Part shown: piece after piece, positions 53,096-62,326 of the stretch
How the letters are laid out: every line of letters starts with the position of its first letter
Numbering within the stretch: the first letter of the stretch is position 1
The notes under the pieces: model-generated
Seen by the model: only the letters and a program-made list of their open reading frames with translations
Told to the model about the DNA's origin: nothing
Databases searched by the model: none
Program-made: the position numbers and the translations under genes
NCBI GenBank assembly: GCA_963805975.1
Contig: CAWDVR010000002.1
Coordinates: 960,001-1,024,000, forward strand
Source of the DNA: an uncultured Acidobacteriota bacterium
GTDB taxonomy: Bacteria > Acidobacteriota > Thermoanaerobaculia > Multivoradales > SZUA-115
Direction: 5' to 3'
DNA: 64,000 nucleotides

Positions 53096-54699
53096 TACCT
53101 CGCCTCCGCCACCTCGGGCGTGAGCGCCTGCGCCACGAACTCCGCCAGGTCCGCCCGCAGCTTCTCGAGCGACGGCTTGTGGACGTACATCATGTGGCCG
53201 GCCTCGTAGTAGCGCAGGGTCACGTTGTCTTCGAGCGACGGGTCGAGGCCGAGGTGGGAGAAGGTGTACTCGGTGGCGAAGAACGGCGTCGCGAGGTCGT
53301 AGTAGCCGTTGCCCACGAAGACCCGGAGCGCCGGGTTCCGGGTCATCGCCTGCCGCAGCCGCTCGGCAACGTTCACGTACTGGTTCTCCTGGGTGCCCCA
53401 GTCCCACGGCCGCACGCGGTCGGTGAGGATCTCGTAGGGCAGATCGGTCTCGTAGCCGAGCTCGCGCCGCACGTAGTCGTTGAACGCTCCCCCGTACGGG
53501 CCCCGGATCGCCTCCATGCTCGGGTCGTACTCGTACTCTTCGCCGGCGGCGTCCCGGTCGATGCCAGTGAAACGGCTGTCGAGCCGCCCGGTGGTACGCC
53601 GTTCGGCCCGGCGCAGCTCCTTGGTGAAACGGTCGATGTAGATGCGCAGGTTGGTCTGCTCCACATACTCCTGGGAGAGGCCGGTGTAGCGCGCGAGGCG
53701 TGCGGCGATCGCCTGGCGCTCGGCCGCCGGCAGGTCCTTGCCCTTCATCAACGCCAGGGTGTAGTCCGTCGAAGCGAACTTCCGCACCTCGGCGAGGGTG
53801 GCCGTGAGGTCGCGCTGGAGCTCCGGCGCGAGCTTGCCGTGGTACCAGGCCGTGGCGGTGTAGGTGGGGAGGAAGAGGACGTAGGGCAGGTCGTTGCCGA
53901 TAGCGAAGCGCGCCGTCTGGAAGTTGAGGATCGAGGAGATCAGCATCACCCCGTTGAAGTACATTCCGTACTCGTCCTGCAGGTGCTGTACCAGCGCCGC
54001 GGCACGGGTGGTGCCGTAGCTCTCGCCGGCCAAGAACTTGGGAGAGGCCCAGCGTTGGTTGCGGGTCGTCCACAGCCGGATCAGCTTGCCCACCACTTCC
54101 ACGTCCGGCTCCAGGCCGTGGAACTGCTTGTCGTCGACACCGGGCACGGAGCGGCTGAAACCCGTGGTCACAGGGTCGATGAACACCAGGTCGGCGAGGT
54201 CGAGGAGCGAATACTCGTTGTCGACCAGGCGGTAGGGCGGCGGCAGCGCGAAGCCATCGTCGGTCATCGGCACGCGCCGCGGGCCGAAGAGGCCCATGTG
54301 CAGCCAGATCGACGACGAGCCGGGCCCGCCGTTGAACGAGAACAGCACCGGCCGCTTGCCGGGATCGCTCTCGCCGTCCTTGCCCTGTCCGTCTTTGATA
54401 TAGGAGACGAAGAAGAGGTTGGCCTTGGGGGTGCCATCCTCCTCCTTGATCAGGTAGTTGCCCGCAGTGGCCGTGTAGCGCACCACCTTGCCGCCGATCC
54501 TGACCTCGTGCGAGGTCGAGGACAGCACCTCCTTGGGGACAGGGAGGTCTTTCTTTTCCTTGTCGTCGGCCTTCTCTCGCGGCTCGGAGCCCCTTCCGGG
54601 TTGCCCTTGAGCCGCGAGCGGGCTCCCATCGGCCGAGAAGAGCCAAGCCAGAGCCAAGACACCCGTGATCCACGAACGCACCCCTCGACTCGATCGCAT
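53095..54699 (-). CDS. S10 serine carboxypeptidase, secreted
   Basis: FNGGPGSSS, FIDPVTTGFS, GESYG, YYDLATP, AGHMMY. Confidence 0.93.
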   Translation of the reverse strand: MRSSRGVRSWITGVLALAWLFSADGSPLAAQGQPGRGSEPREKADDKEKKDLPVPKEVLSSTSHEVRIGGKVVRYTATAGNYLIKEEDGTPKANLFFVSYIKDGQGKDGESDPGKRPVLFSFNGGPGSSSIWLHMGLFGPRRVPMTDDGFALPPPYRLVDNEYSLLDLADLVFIDPVTTGFSRSVPGVDDKQFHGLEPDVEVVGKLIRLWTTRNQRWASPKFLAGESYGTTRAAALVQHLQDEYGMYFNGVMLISSILNFQTARFAIGNDLPYVLFLPTYTATAWYHGKLAPELQRDLTATLAEVRKFASTDYTLALMKGKDLPAAERQAIAARLARYTGLSQEYVEQTNLRIYIDRFTKELRRAERRTTGRLDSRFTGIDRDAAGEEYEYDPSMEAIRGPYGGAFNDYVRRELGYETDLPYEILTDRVRPWDWGTQENQYVNVAERLRQAMTRNPALRVFVGNGYYDLATPFFATEYTFSHLGLDPSLEDNVTLRYYEAGHMMYVHKPSLEKLRADLAEFVAQALTPEVAEAR

Positions 54700-54808
54700 A
54701 GTTCGCCCCCTTTAGTCCGTTCGATCCGGCCATCCGCCAGGAGACGAACCGCACGAACCCTATCGCCTACGAATGTAGGAGGTCAACGTCCATCACAAAA
54801 GGCCGGGC

Positions 54809-56029
54809 TCAGTACCGCGGCACACTGGGGTCGATCTCGAGGCTCCAGTCGTGAATGCCGCCGGCCAGGTTGACGGCGGAGTAGCCGCGCGAGCGCAGGA
54901 GCTGGGTGGCTTGCAGGGAGCGCGCGCCGTGGTGGCAGTGGGCGACGTAGAGCTCGCCAGGATCGAGCTCGTCCAGGCGCTGGGGCAGCTCGGGCAAGGG
55001 GATGAGCGTCGAGCCCTCGATGCGGCCGATCTGCCACTCGGGGGGGTTGCGCACGTCGAGGATGGTGAGCTTCTTGCCGGCGTCGAGCCAGGCCTTGAGC
55101 TCGCGCGTGGAGATCTCGAGCGGCAGGTCGCTGTCCTTCATGATTTCCTCCGTGGTCCCGGGCGATTCCTCCGCCACACCCCGGCCCAGGCCGCAGAACT
55201 GTTCGTAGTCGATGAGCTCGGTGAGCGTCGGATGGTCGGAGCATACCGGGCAGGCCGGGTCCTTGCGCAGCTTGAGCTCGCGGAAGCGGAGCTTCAGGGC
55301 GTCGAAGAGCACCAGCCGGCCGATGAGCGGCTCGCCCACGCCGACGATCAGCTTGATCGCCTCGTTGGCCTGGAGGGCGCCGATGATCCCCGGCAGCACG
55401 CCGAGCACGCCGCCCTCGGCGCAGGAGGGCACCAAGCCGGGCGGCGGCGGCTCCGGGAACAGGCAGCGGTAGCAGGGCCCGCGCGCGCCCCAGAACACCG
55501 ACACCTGGCCCTCGAAGCGGAAGATCGAGCCGTAGACGTTCGGCTTGCCGGTCATCACGCAGGCGTCGTTGACGAGATAACGGGTGGGGAAGTTGTCCGT
55601 GCCGTCGGCCACCAGGTCGTAGTCGCGGAAGAGCGCGAGCGCGTTCTCGGAGGACAGCCGCGTGGCGTGCGGCTCGAAACGGATCAGCGGGTTGATCTCG
55701 CGCAGGCGATCGACCGCCGCCTCGATCTTGGGCCGCCCGAGGTCTCTCTGGCCGTAGAGGAGCTGGCGCTGGAGGTTCGACTCGTCGACCACGTCGAACT
55801 CCACCAGGCCCAGCGTGCCCACACCGGCCGCGGCGAGATAGAGCCCGAGAGGCGAGCCCAGCCCGCCGGCGCCGATCATCAGCACGCGCGCCTGCTTGAG
55901 CCGCTTCTGCCCCTCGACCCCGACCTCCGGCATGATCAGGTGGCGGCTGTAGCGACGGATCTCCTCGGCCGAGAGCTCGACCTCCGGAGCACCGGCCAGG
56001 ACCGGGCTCTCGGTGGCGAGGGCGGTCAT
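54809..56029 (-). CDS. moeZ: E1-like adenylyltransferase-rhodanese fusion (MoeB/MoeZ)
   Basis: RYSRH, GAGGLG, SNLQRQ, DNFPTR, CYRC, CPVC; rhodanese loop CHHGARS. Confidence 0.93.
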   Translation of the reverse strand: MTALATESPVLAGAPEVELSAEEIRRYSRHLIMPEVGVEGQKRLKQARVLMIGAGGLGSPLGLYLAAAGVGTLGLVEFDVVDESNLQRQLLYGQRDLGRPKIEAAVDRLREINPLIRFEPHATRLSSENALALFRDYDLVADGTDNFPTRYLVNDACVMTGKPNVYGSIFRFEGQVSVFWGARGPCYRCLFPEPPPPGLVPSCAEGGVLGVLPGIIGALQANEAIKLIVGVGEPLIGRLVLFDALKLRFRELKLRKDPACPVCSDHPTLTELIDYEQFCGLGRGVAEESPGTTEEIMKDSDLPLEISTRELKAWLDAGKKLTILDVRNPPEWQIGRIEGSTLIPLPELPQRLDELDPGELYVAHCHHGARSLQATQLLRSRGYSAVNLAGGIHDWSLEIDPSVPRY

Positions 56030-56310
56030 CGCGCGCCACCCCCGGCGATCGACGGAATGATGAGCACCGTGTCGCCGGCCCGCACCGGGGTGGCATCGCC
56101 CTCCAGGTGACGGGCGTCCTCGTCGTTGACGAAGACGTTGACGAAGCTGCGCCGGACGCCGGCCTCGGTGAAAAGATGGCGGGTCAGCGCGGGGAAGCGG
56201 CCCACCATCGCCTGCAGGGCCTCGCCGACCGTCGCCGCCTCGACCTCGATCTCCCCCTGGCCGTCGGCGAAGCCGCGCAAGGGAGTGGGAATCTGGATCT
56301 TCACACTCAT
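56026..56310 (-). CDS. cysO: Ubiquitin-like sulfur carrier (CysO/MoaD family) with a C-terminal extension after GG
   Basis: IPTPLR, FVNVFVNDED, IIPSIAGGGAR. Confidence 0.85.
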   Translation of the reverse strand: MSVKIQIPTPLRGFADGQGEIEVEAATVGEALQAMVGRFPALTRHLFTEAGVRRSFVNVFVNDEDARHLEGDATPVRAGDTVLIIPSIAGGGAR

Positions 56311-56319
56311 CCGTCCATG

Positions 56320-56772
56320 CTACCGCGCGAGGGCCGCGGCCGGCTCGCTGACCGCTTCCTCCTCGAAGCGCTGGCGGTCATCGGCCAGGCGCCAGCTCCG
56401 CGCCGCCGCGGCGCTGCCCTTCTCGACCGACACGATCAAGTAGGAGAGCCCCGGCCAGGCGTGCTCGCGGTCGAACTCGCTCGGCTGCGCCGGGTGGTCC
56501 GGGTGCGAGTGGTAATAGCCCAGCACCTCCAGGTTCTTGGAGCGCGCCTGCTTGTGGGCCGCGAGCACCACCTCGGGTGAGATGACGAAACGGTTGTGGC
56601 GGCTCTCGGCGCGCTCGTTTCTCGCCGGCAGAACCTGTTCCACGAGCGCCCCCTCCTCACCGTCGGCGAGCAGCCGGCCGATCAGCACGCCGCAGCACTC
56701 CTCGGGGTAGGTGGCCTCGGCGTGGCGCTCGATGCCGGTCAGGTGTCTTGGAGTGAGGACCAATCGTTTCAT
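56320..56772 (-). CDS. mec: JAMM/Mov34 metalloprotease (M67, Mec-like)
   Basis: YPEECCG, YYHSHPDHPAQPSEFD. Confidence 0.9.
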   Translation of the reverse strand: MKRLVLTPRHLTGIERHAEATYPEECCGVLIGRLLADGEEGALVEQVLPARNERAESRHNRFVISPEVVLAAHKQARSKNLEVLGYYHSHPDHPAQPSEFDREHAWPGLSYLIVSVEKGSAAAARSWRLADDRQRFEEEAVSEPAAALAR

Positions 56773-56821
56773 GGCAGAAGAGGCTCCGCGGTGGATGGGT
56801 GTCGAGACAGAGGAAGGGTGG

Positions 56822-57814
56822 CTAGCTCGCGGTCCAGAACGGATCGGACAGGTACTTCTCGGCGCCGTCGCAGAGGATGGTCACGATCACTCCCTCCGCG
56901 AGCCGCTCCGCGAGGGCCAGCGCCGAGGCGACGTTGGCGCCCGAGGACACTCCCACCAGCAGGCCGTGCTCGCGGGCGAGGCGCCGCACCATGGCGTACG
57001 CATCTTCGGTGGCGATCGTCCACGCCTCGTCGGCCAAGCCGGCGTCGTAGATCGCCGGCACCAGGGCGGTCGCCATGTGCTTCATGCCCTCGAGCCCGTG
57101 GATCGGCGACTCGGGCTCGACCGAGATCAGCGCCACTTTCCGTGAGCCGGCTGAAGGCGCCACGCTCCGCAAGTAGCGGCCGACCCCGACAAAAGTGCCG
57201 CTGGTGCCCAATCCGGTGACGAAGTGCGTGATCCCGCCCGCCGTCTGGAGCCAGATCTCGGGGCCCGTGGTGCGGAAGTGGGCGCGCCAGTTCTCAGGGT
57301 TGCCGTACTGGTCGAGGTAGACGAAGCGGTCGGGGTGAGCCTCGGCCAACCGGCGCGCTTCGCGGATGGCGCCGTCGCTGCCCTCGAGCGGGTCCGTGGC
57401 CACGACCTCGGCGCCATAAGCGGCGAGGATCTGCCGGCGCTCGCGGCTCGCGTTGCCGGGCAGGCAGAGGGTGACCCCGAGGCCCCGCGCCGCGCCGATC
57501 ATGGCGAGCGCGATGCCGGTGTTGCCCGAGGTGGCGTCGAGGATGCGCCGGCCGCCGGTCAGGAGGCCGCGGGCGAGGGCGTCCTCCACCATGGCGAGGG
57601 CGGGCCGGTCCTTGACCGAGCCTCCGGGGTTGGCGAGCTCGGCCTTGGCGTAGAGCTTCACCCCGGCCCGACCGACGATTCCGGAGAGGTCGAGGAGCGG
57701 CGTCTCGCCGATCCTCTCGAGCTGCGTGAGCGCAAGGGGAACCGGGAGAGCAAGGGTCTCGGCGGGCGGGCTCATGGGCGGCGGCACACTAGCAAAGGTG
57801 ACTGGATGAGTCAT
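56822..57814 (-). CDS. cysM: PLP-dependent cysteine synthase (CysM-like)
   Basis: NPGGSVKDR, ATSGNTG, DQYGN, GLGTSGT, SSGAN. Confidence 0.9.
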   Translation of the reverse strand: MTHPVTFASVPPPMSPPAETLALPVPLALTQLERIGETPLLDLSGIVGRAGVKLYAKAELANPGGSVKDRPALAMVEDALARGLLTGGRRILDATSGNTGIALAMIGAARGLGVTLCLPGNASRERRQILAAYGAEVVATDPLEGSDGAIREARRLAEAHPDRFVYLDQYGNPENWRAHFRTTGPEIWLQTAGGITHFVTGLGTSGTFVGVGRYLRSVAPSAGSRKVALISVEPESPIHGLEGMKHMATALVPAIYDAGLADEAWTIATEDAYAMVRRLAREHGLLVGVSSGANVASALALAERLAEGVIVTILCDGAEKYLSDPFWTAS

Positions 57815-57851
57815 CTTTAGGTCTGCCCCGGCGTTGCGTTAACCTGCCGCG

Positions 57852-58505
57852 ATGGACGACAGCATCCGCAGCGGCGAAACACGCATCCCCCCTGGTCAGT
57901 ACGTATCGAAGAAATGGCCGGTCCTGACCTACGGCGCCACCCCGGAAGTCGACCTCGCGGAATTCCGATTCAAGATCTCCGGGCTGGTGGCGGCAGAGCT
58001 GACGTGGAGCTGGGCGGAGCTCCAGGCCCTGCCCCGCTTCGCGGTGACGGCCGACTTCCACTGCGTCACCCGCTTCTCCACCCTCGACAACCCGTGGAGC
58101 GGGTTCGCGACGCGCGAGATCCTCCGCCACGTGCAGGTGGACCCCGAGGTAAGCCACGTTCTCGTCCACTGCTACGGCGGCTACACCACCAACCTGCCGC
58201 TCGAAGATTTCCTCTCCGACCGCGCCCTCCTGGCCGACCGTCACGACGGCAGGCCGCTCGCCGTGGAGCACGGCGGGCCGCTGCGCCTGGTGGTGCCGCA
58301 CCTCTATGCCTGGAAGAGCGCCAAGTGGGTGAAGGGCCTGGAGCTCCTGGCCGCCGACCAGCGCGGCTTCTGGGAGGAGAACGGCTACCACACCTACGGC
58401 GACCCCTGGCGCGAGGAGCGCTTCAGCTTCCAGGAGATCACCAAGGCCGCCGACGCCAGAAAGCGCGCCCGCGAGCTGGGCATCGTGCCGCGGGAGAAGG
58501 GGTAG
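57852..58505 (+). CDS. Sulfite oxidase-like molybdopterin oxidoreductase (YuiH-like)
   Basis: IPPGQ, DFHCVT, HGGPLRLVVPHLYAWKSAKW, GFWEENGYH. Confidence 0.92.
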   Translation: MDDSIRSGETRIPPGQYVSKKWPVLTYGATPEVDLAEFRFKISGLVAAELTWSWAELQALPRFAVTADFHCVTRFSTLDNPWSGFATREILRHVQVDPEVSHVLVHCYGGYTTNLPLEDFLSDRALLADRHDGRPLAVEHGGPLRLVVPHLYAWKSAKWVKGLELLAADQRGFWEENGYHTYGDPWREERFSFQEITKAADARKRARELGIVPREKG

Positions 58506-58509
58506 GCGC

Positions 58510-59367
58510 CTACACCGGCAGCGCCACCGGCTGCAGAACCGAGGCGAGGATCGCGGCCAGAGTGGCGACGATGCAGACGAGGGCGACGACGGTGTGGCCG
58601 ATCTTCTCGGGCTTGGCCGGGTCGAGGAGGCGGGCGGCGAGCCAGCCGCCGAGAAAGCCCCCCAGGTGGGCCCAGTTGTCGATGCCCTGGCCGCCGACCA
58701 TGCCCCACACGAAGAGGAACACGGCCCAGCCCAGAAGGTCGCGGGCGATGTGGGTGGCGCCGTGCCGGCGCCCGTAGTAGACGGCCGCGGCGAGCAGGCC
58801 GAAGATCGCCGCCGAGGCCCCTACCGAATAGCCGCCGCCCCCCATCAGGAAGCGGAGCCAGGAGAGGTACAGAGGCGCCACCGTGGTGAGCAGGAACCCG
58901 GCGGCCGTGGCCACGGTGTAGAGGATCACCGTGCGCGCGCCGCCGAAGGCGCTCACCACCAGCGGGCCCAGCGAGCGGATCCACATCACGTTGAAGAGGA
59001 TGTGGAGCGCGTCGCCGTGCAACCAGCCGGCCGAGAGCACGGTCCACCAGCGGCCGTACTCGAGCACCGGGTAGACGCCGCTCGCCCCAAAGCGGAACAG
59101 GCTCTCGGGCGATGGCCGCAGGAAGGAGAACCCGCGGTTGGTGATGCCGGGTGGGTCGGAAACCAGCGTCAGCAGGTAGAGGCCGACGCAGGCGGCGATC
59201 ACCACCTGGGTGAAGCCGATGTCGATCTCCAGCCGCCGCAGCGCCGGGGCGAAGCCGAAGAGCGAGGGGCTTCTCGCACCGCAGTGCGGGCAGCGCGCCT
59301 CGCCCACGCCGACCAGCCGGCCGCAGGAGCGGCAGACCACGGACCCCGTTCGCTTGCGACCCAGCAT
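58510..59367 (-). CDS. Rhomboid intramembrane protease with N-terminal Zn ribbon
   Basis: CRSC...CPHC; WLHGDALHILFN; GASAAIFG; AHLGG. Confidence 0.92.
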   Translation of the reverse strand: MLGRKRTGSVVCRSCGRLVGVGEARCPHCGARSPSLFGFAPALRRLEIDIGFTQVVIAACVGLYLLTLVSDPPGITNRGFSFLRPSPESLFRFGASGVYPVLEYGRWWTVLSAGWLHGDALHILFNVMWIRSLGPLVVSAFGGARTVILYTVATAAGFLLTTVAPLYLSWLRFLMGGGGYSVGASAAIFGLLAAAVYYGRRHGATHIARDLLGWAVFLFVWGMVGGQGIDNWAHLGGFLGGWLAARLLDPAKPEKIGHTVVALVCIVATLAAILASVLQPVALPV

Positions 59368-59402
59368 GAGGCCGGGAGCTTACAGGATAGGCGCCCGCCC
59401 CT

Positions 59403-59723
59403 TCACTTGACGAAGATACTGATCACGCCCGAGGCGGCGAAGAGCAGGATCACGACCAGGGTGACCCAGTGGTCCACATTGGCGACCGTACCGCCGAAGG
59501 AGAACTTCTTGGCCGGCGGCTCGAACTCGATCTTGGGCAGGCTGGTGGCGCCGTTGACCCAGGCAAGCACCGAGGCGACGATGGCGGAGATGCCGAAGGG
59601 GATGAGGGCGATCTTCTTCGTCACCGCACCGACGATGATCATCGTCAGGCCGGCGGCGATGATGAGCACGAAGCCCAGCCAATTAGGGATCCAGGAGAGG
59701 AGGGTGGCGATGGCCTGCCGCAT
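59403..59723 (-). CDS. Small membrane protein (three TM helices)
   Basis: SD AAAGGA; hydrophobic segments. Confidence 0.7.
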   Translation of the reverse strand: MRQAIATLLSWIPNWLGFVLIIAAGLTMIIVGAVTKKIALIPFGISAIVASVLAWVNGATSLPKIEFEPPAKKFSFGGTVANVDHWVTLVVILLFAASGVISIFVK

Positions 59724-59840
59724 GAGAGATTTCCTTTCGTTGTCGATCGCTAGATCGGGGTTGGGTTCACCTGGGTTGGGTGAGCTGGCGCACCGCCTGT
59801 TACAAATCGCGCCCGGGACCGCCTAAGACCTCGAGCCTCG

Positions 59841-60620
59841 ATGGACAAGCTGCGCACGCCCTTCTTCGTCATCGCCCTGGTGCTCGCCGCGCTCGCCGTG
59901 GCGAGCGAGGTGGGCTCGTGCGCGGTGGTGAAGAAGTCGCCGGTCTCGGCGGCCGACCTGCAATCGATCGTCGACGGCGCCGACCTGCCCGACGACGCCG
60001 AGCTCGATGGCGGCGACCTCGCCAAGCTGCGCCGCGAGAAGCCCTCGCCGCCCGGCCTCGGCATCCCGGCGCTCTGGGTGCTGGACCTCCTGGTGCTGTT
60101 CACCATGGGACTGATCGGCTCGGCGCTGCTGCTGCCGGACCGGATGCAGGGGCGGGTCCAGGGTTGCGCGACCCTGATCGTGTCTTTCCTGCTGCTCCTC
60201 GCCGGGATCCGGATCCTCTTCCTCGCCCTGGGCAAGCTCCTGATCATGCTCGCCCTGCTGCTCGCGGTGCCGTTCGGCACCATCGCCTACATGGCGATCT
60301 ACGGCTTCTTCAACAAGGGCGGCGCGGCGGCCGTGCTCTCGCTGCTGATGCTCCTGAAGATCGTGCTCGTGGTGCTGCTGATCCTCGCCCACCAGCGCTT
60401 CCTGCAGAACAAGGGGCTGGTGCTGATCCTCCTCTTCTCGCTCCTCGCCACCTGGCTGACCGGCTTCCTGCATGCCTTCGTGCCGGGGGTCCTGGCCTCG
60501 ATCACCGACGCCGTGGCGGCGATCGTCAACGGCTGCCTCGGTGCGGTGTGGGCGCTCCTCTTCCTGATCGGCTCGCTGGTCTCGATCTACAAAGTGCTGC
60601 GCATCGACCGGGCGACGTAA
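59841..60620 (+). CDS. Polytopic membrane protein of unknown function
   Basis: About seven TM segments; PPGLGIP, GRVQG, AVPFGTIAY motifs. Confidence 0.8.
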   Translation: MDKLRTPFFVIALVLAALAVASEVGSCAVVKKSPVSAADLQSIVDGADLPDDAELDGGDLAKLRREKPSPPGLGIPALWVLDLLVLFTMGLIGSALLLPDRMQGRVQGCATLIVSFLLLLAGIRILFLALGKLLIMLALLLAVPFGTIAYMAIYGFFNKGGAAAVLSLLMLLKIVLVVLLILAHQRFLQNKGLVLILLFSLLATWLTGFLHAFVPGVLASITDAVAAIVNGCLGAVWALLFLIGSLVSIYKVLRIDRAT

Positions 60621-60666
60621 TCGCCCCCCACCGGAAGCCCTGCCGGGGGCTCGAGCCCCGGCGGAG

Positions 60667-61143
60667 CTACTTCAGCGCCACCCCACAGCTCTTGGTGCTC
60701 ACGCAGACCAGCGTCAGCACCGCCGCTCTCTTGGGCTGGTCGTCGTCGCGGAAAAGGTCGAGGGTGAGGGGGCGGCCGGGGCGGAGCTTGTCCGCCACGG
60801 GCACGGAGGCCGGCTGGTCGAGCACGACTTGCACGAGGTCGCCTTGCACCAGCTCGAAGCGCGCGCGGCGCACGCGGGCCTTCGCGGGCGGGATGCGCAC
60901 CGTGCAGGCACCGCCGGCGGGCAGGGTGAAGGTGGAGCCGGAGAGGCAGGAAGCCTCGACCTCGCGCGCGGTGAGGGTCTTCTTCTGGATCAGCGAGCGG
61001 CCCGCGTTCTTCATCCAAGCCGGCACCTTGGGTGGAGAAGAACGGGGGCCGTCCTTCCTCGTCTGCCCCCAGACCAAGACGACGGCGAAGAGCACCGCCA
61101 CCAGGACGAGCACCACGATCGCGATCTTCTGGTTACGTTCCAT
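60667..61143 (-). CDS. Hypothetical N-terminally anchored protein with four Cys
   Basis: MERNQK plus TM helix; overlaps the upstream gene stop by 11 bp. Confidence 0.7.
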   Translation of the reverse strand: MERNQKIAIVVLVLVAVLFAVVLVWGQTRKDGPRSSPPKVPAWMKNAGRSLIQKKTLTAREVEASCLSGSTFTLPAGGACTVRIPPAKARVRRARFELVQGDLVQVVLDQPASVPVADKLRPGRPLTLDLFRDDDQPKRAAVLTLVCVSTKSCGVALK

Positions 61144-62272
61144 GGCCGGATCGAGCCGGTCTGCGCGCGACATCGGGGCCCGCGGGTCGCGAAAAGTCGC
61201 TCACGCCTCCCGGGCGCGCTTGCCGGCTCGGCTGTGCGAACTGGTTCAAGAGCCCGGAGTCGATCTGCCAGCGCGTCCACTGGCAGTTGCCCTGCCGGCA
61301 GACCATCCCGGTGGGGCAGGGACGAGCGTCGAGCGGCGGGCAGCGGATGGGGTCCTTGCACAGTCCGCCGTCGCAGATGCCGGAGGCGCACTGCGCCGCG
61401 AACAGGCACTGGGCGCCGATCGCCAGCGTGGCGCACTGGCCTCCGCGGCAGGTGAGCGTCAGGCACTCACCGGGCACGCGGCACGCCTGGCCGGCCTCGC
61501 GCAGGCAGAGCTTCTGCGCCCCGACGCTCACGCACTTCTGGCCGGGCACGCAGTCCTTTTCGGATTTGCATGCGGCGCCCAGGCTGTCTTCCTGACAGGT
61601 CTTGTTGAGACAGAACAGGCCCGCGGCGCACTCGCCGCTGCACGCCTCGCCGAGGCTGGGGAGCGGCGGCTCTGAGCACACGCCTTCGACGCACGCCAGG
61701 CCCTCTTTGCACTCCGCCGTCTCGTTGCAGCCGGCGAAGTCCAGGTCGCCGCGGCAGGTCTTGGGCTCGCCGGTGCAGACCAGGCCGCTCTTGCAGTCGT
61801 CCTCGCACGGGTCGCCGAGGCCGGGGCCCTGGTTCATCAGCACCACGGCCGCGACCACGCCGCCGACGATCACCAAGCCGAGGAGGACGAAGAGGATCCA
61901 CCACGGGAACTTCTTCTTCGGCTTCTCGGTGGCGGGCACCTTGACCACTACCGACGGTCCCTCGGTCGAGTCCTCGTCCGGGTTGGCGGTCGAGGTGGCG
62001 TCGAGGCGGAAGCGGTAGCTCCCCGGCGGGGTGCCGGCCGGCACGTTGATCTTGACCTTGTACTGCTCGGTCACCCCGGGGAGGACGTTGCGCTCGCCGT
62101 CGTCTGCGGGTGTGAACCAGCGCGCCTCGGCGGGTGGCTCGGCCGCGGCACGCACCCGCACCTGGGCGGCGGTGAGCAGTTGATTGGTCACCGTGAAGGT
62201 GACGGTGCCGGTGGCGCCGGGAGCGAGGTCCACGGCGTCGGGCGAGGCGGTGATGGCGAATGCACGGCTCAT
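61133..62272 (-). CDS. Bitopic protein: Ig-like N-domain, TM helix, tandem Cys-rich repeats
   Basis: FTVTN...PPGSYRFRLDA...NPDEDSTEGPSV, KKKFPWW+TM, repeated G-x-x-C...C...C...C units. Confidence 0.85.
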   Translation of the reverse strand: MSRAFAITASPDAVDLAPGATGTVTFTVTNQLLTAAQVRVRAAAEPPAEARWFTPADDGERNVLPGVTEQYKVKINVPAGTPPGSYRFRLDATSTANPDEDSTEGPSVVVKVPATEKPKKKFPWWILFVLLGLVIVGGVVAAVVLMNQGPGLGDPCEDDCKSGLVCTGEPKTCRGDLDFAGCNETAECKEGLACVEGVCSEPPLPSLGEACSGECAAGLFCLNKTCQEDSLGAACKSEKDCVPGQKCVSVGAQKLCLREAGQACRVPGECLTLTCRGGQCATLAIGAQCLFAAQCASGICDGGLCKDPIRCPPLDARPCPTGMVCRQGNCQWTRWQIDSGLLNQFAQPSRQARPGGVSDFSRPAGPDVARRPARSGHGT

Positions 62273-62326
62273 GAGCGGACCCTCTCTCTATCAGAATGTT
62301 CAACCGCAGGCGCAGGCTGCCTGCGT

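Noticed and set aside
51440-54754. 1104-aa ORF suggesting a giant M16 fusion
   Set aside because: The upstream part is an alternate frame over the S10 peptidase gene; real coding starts near 53095
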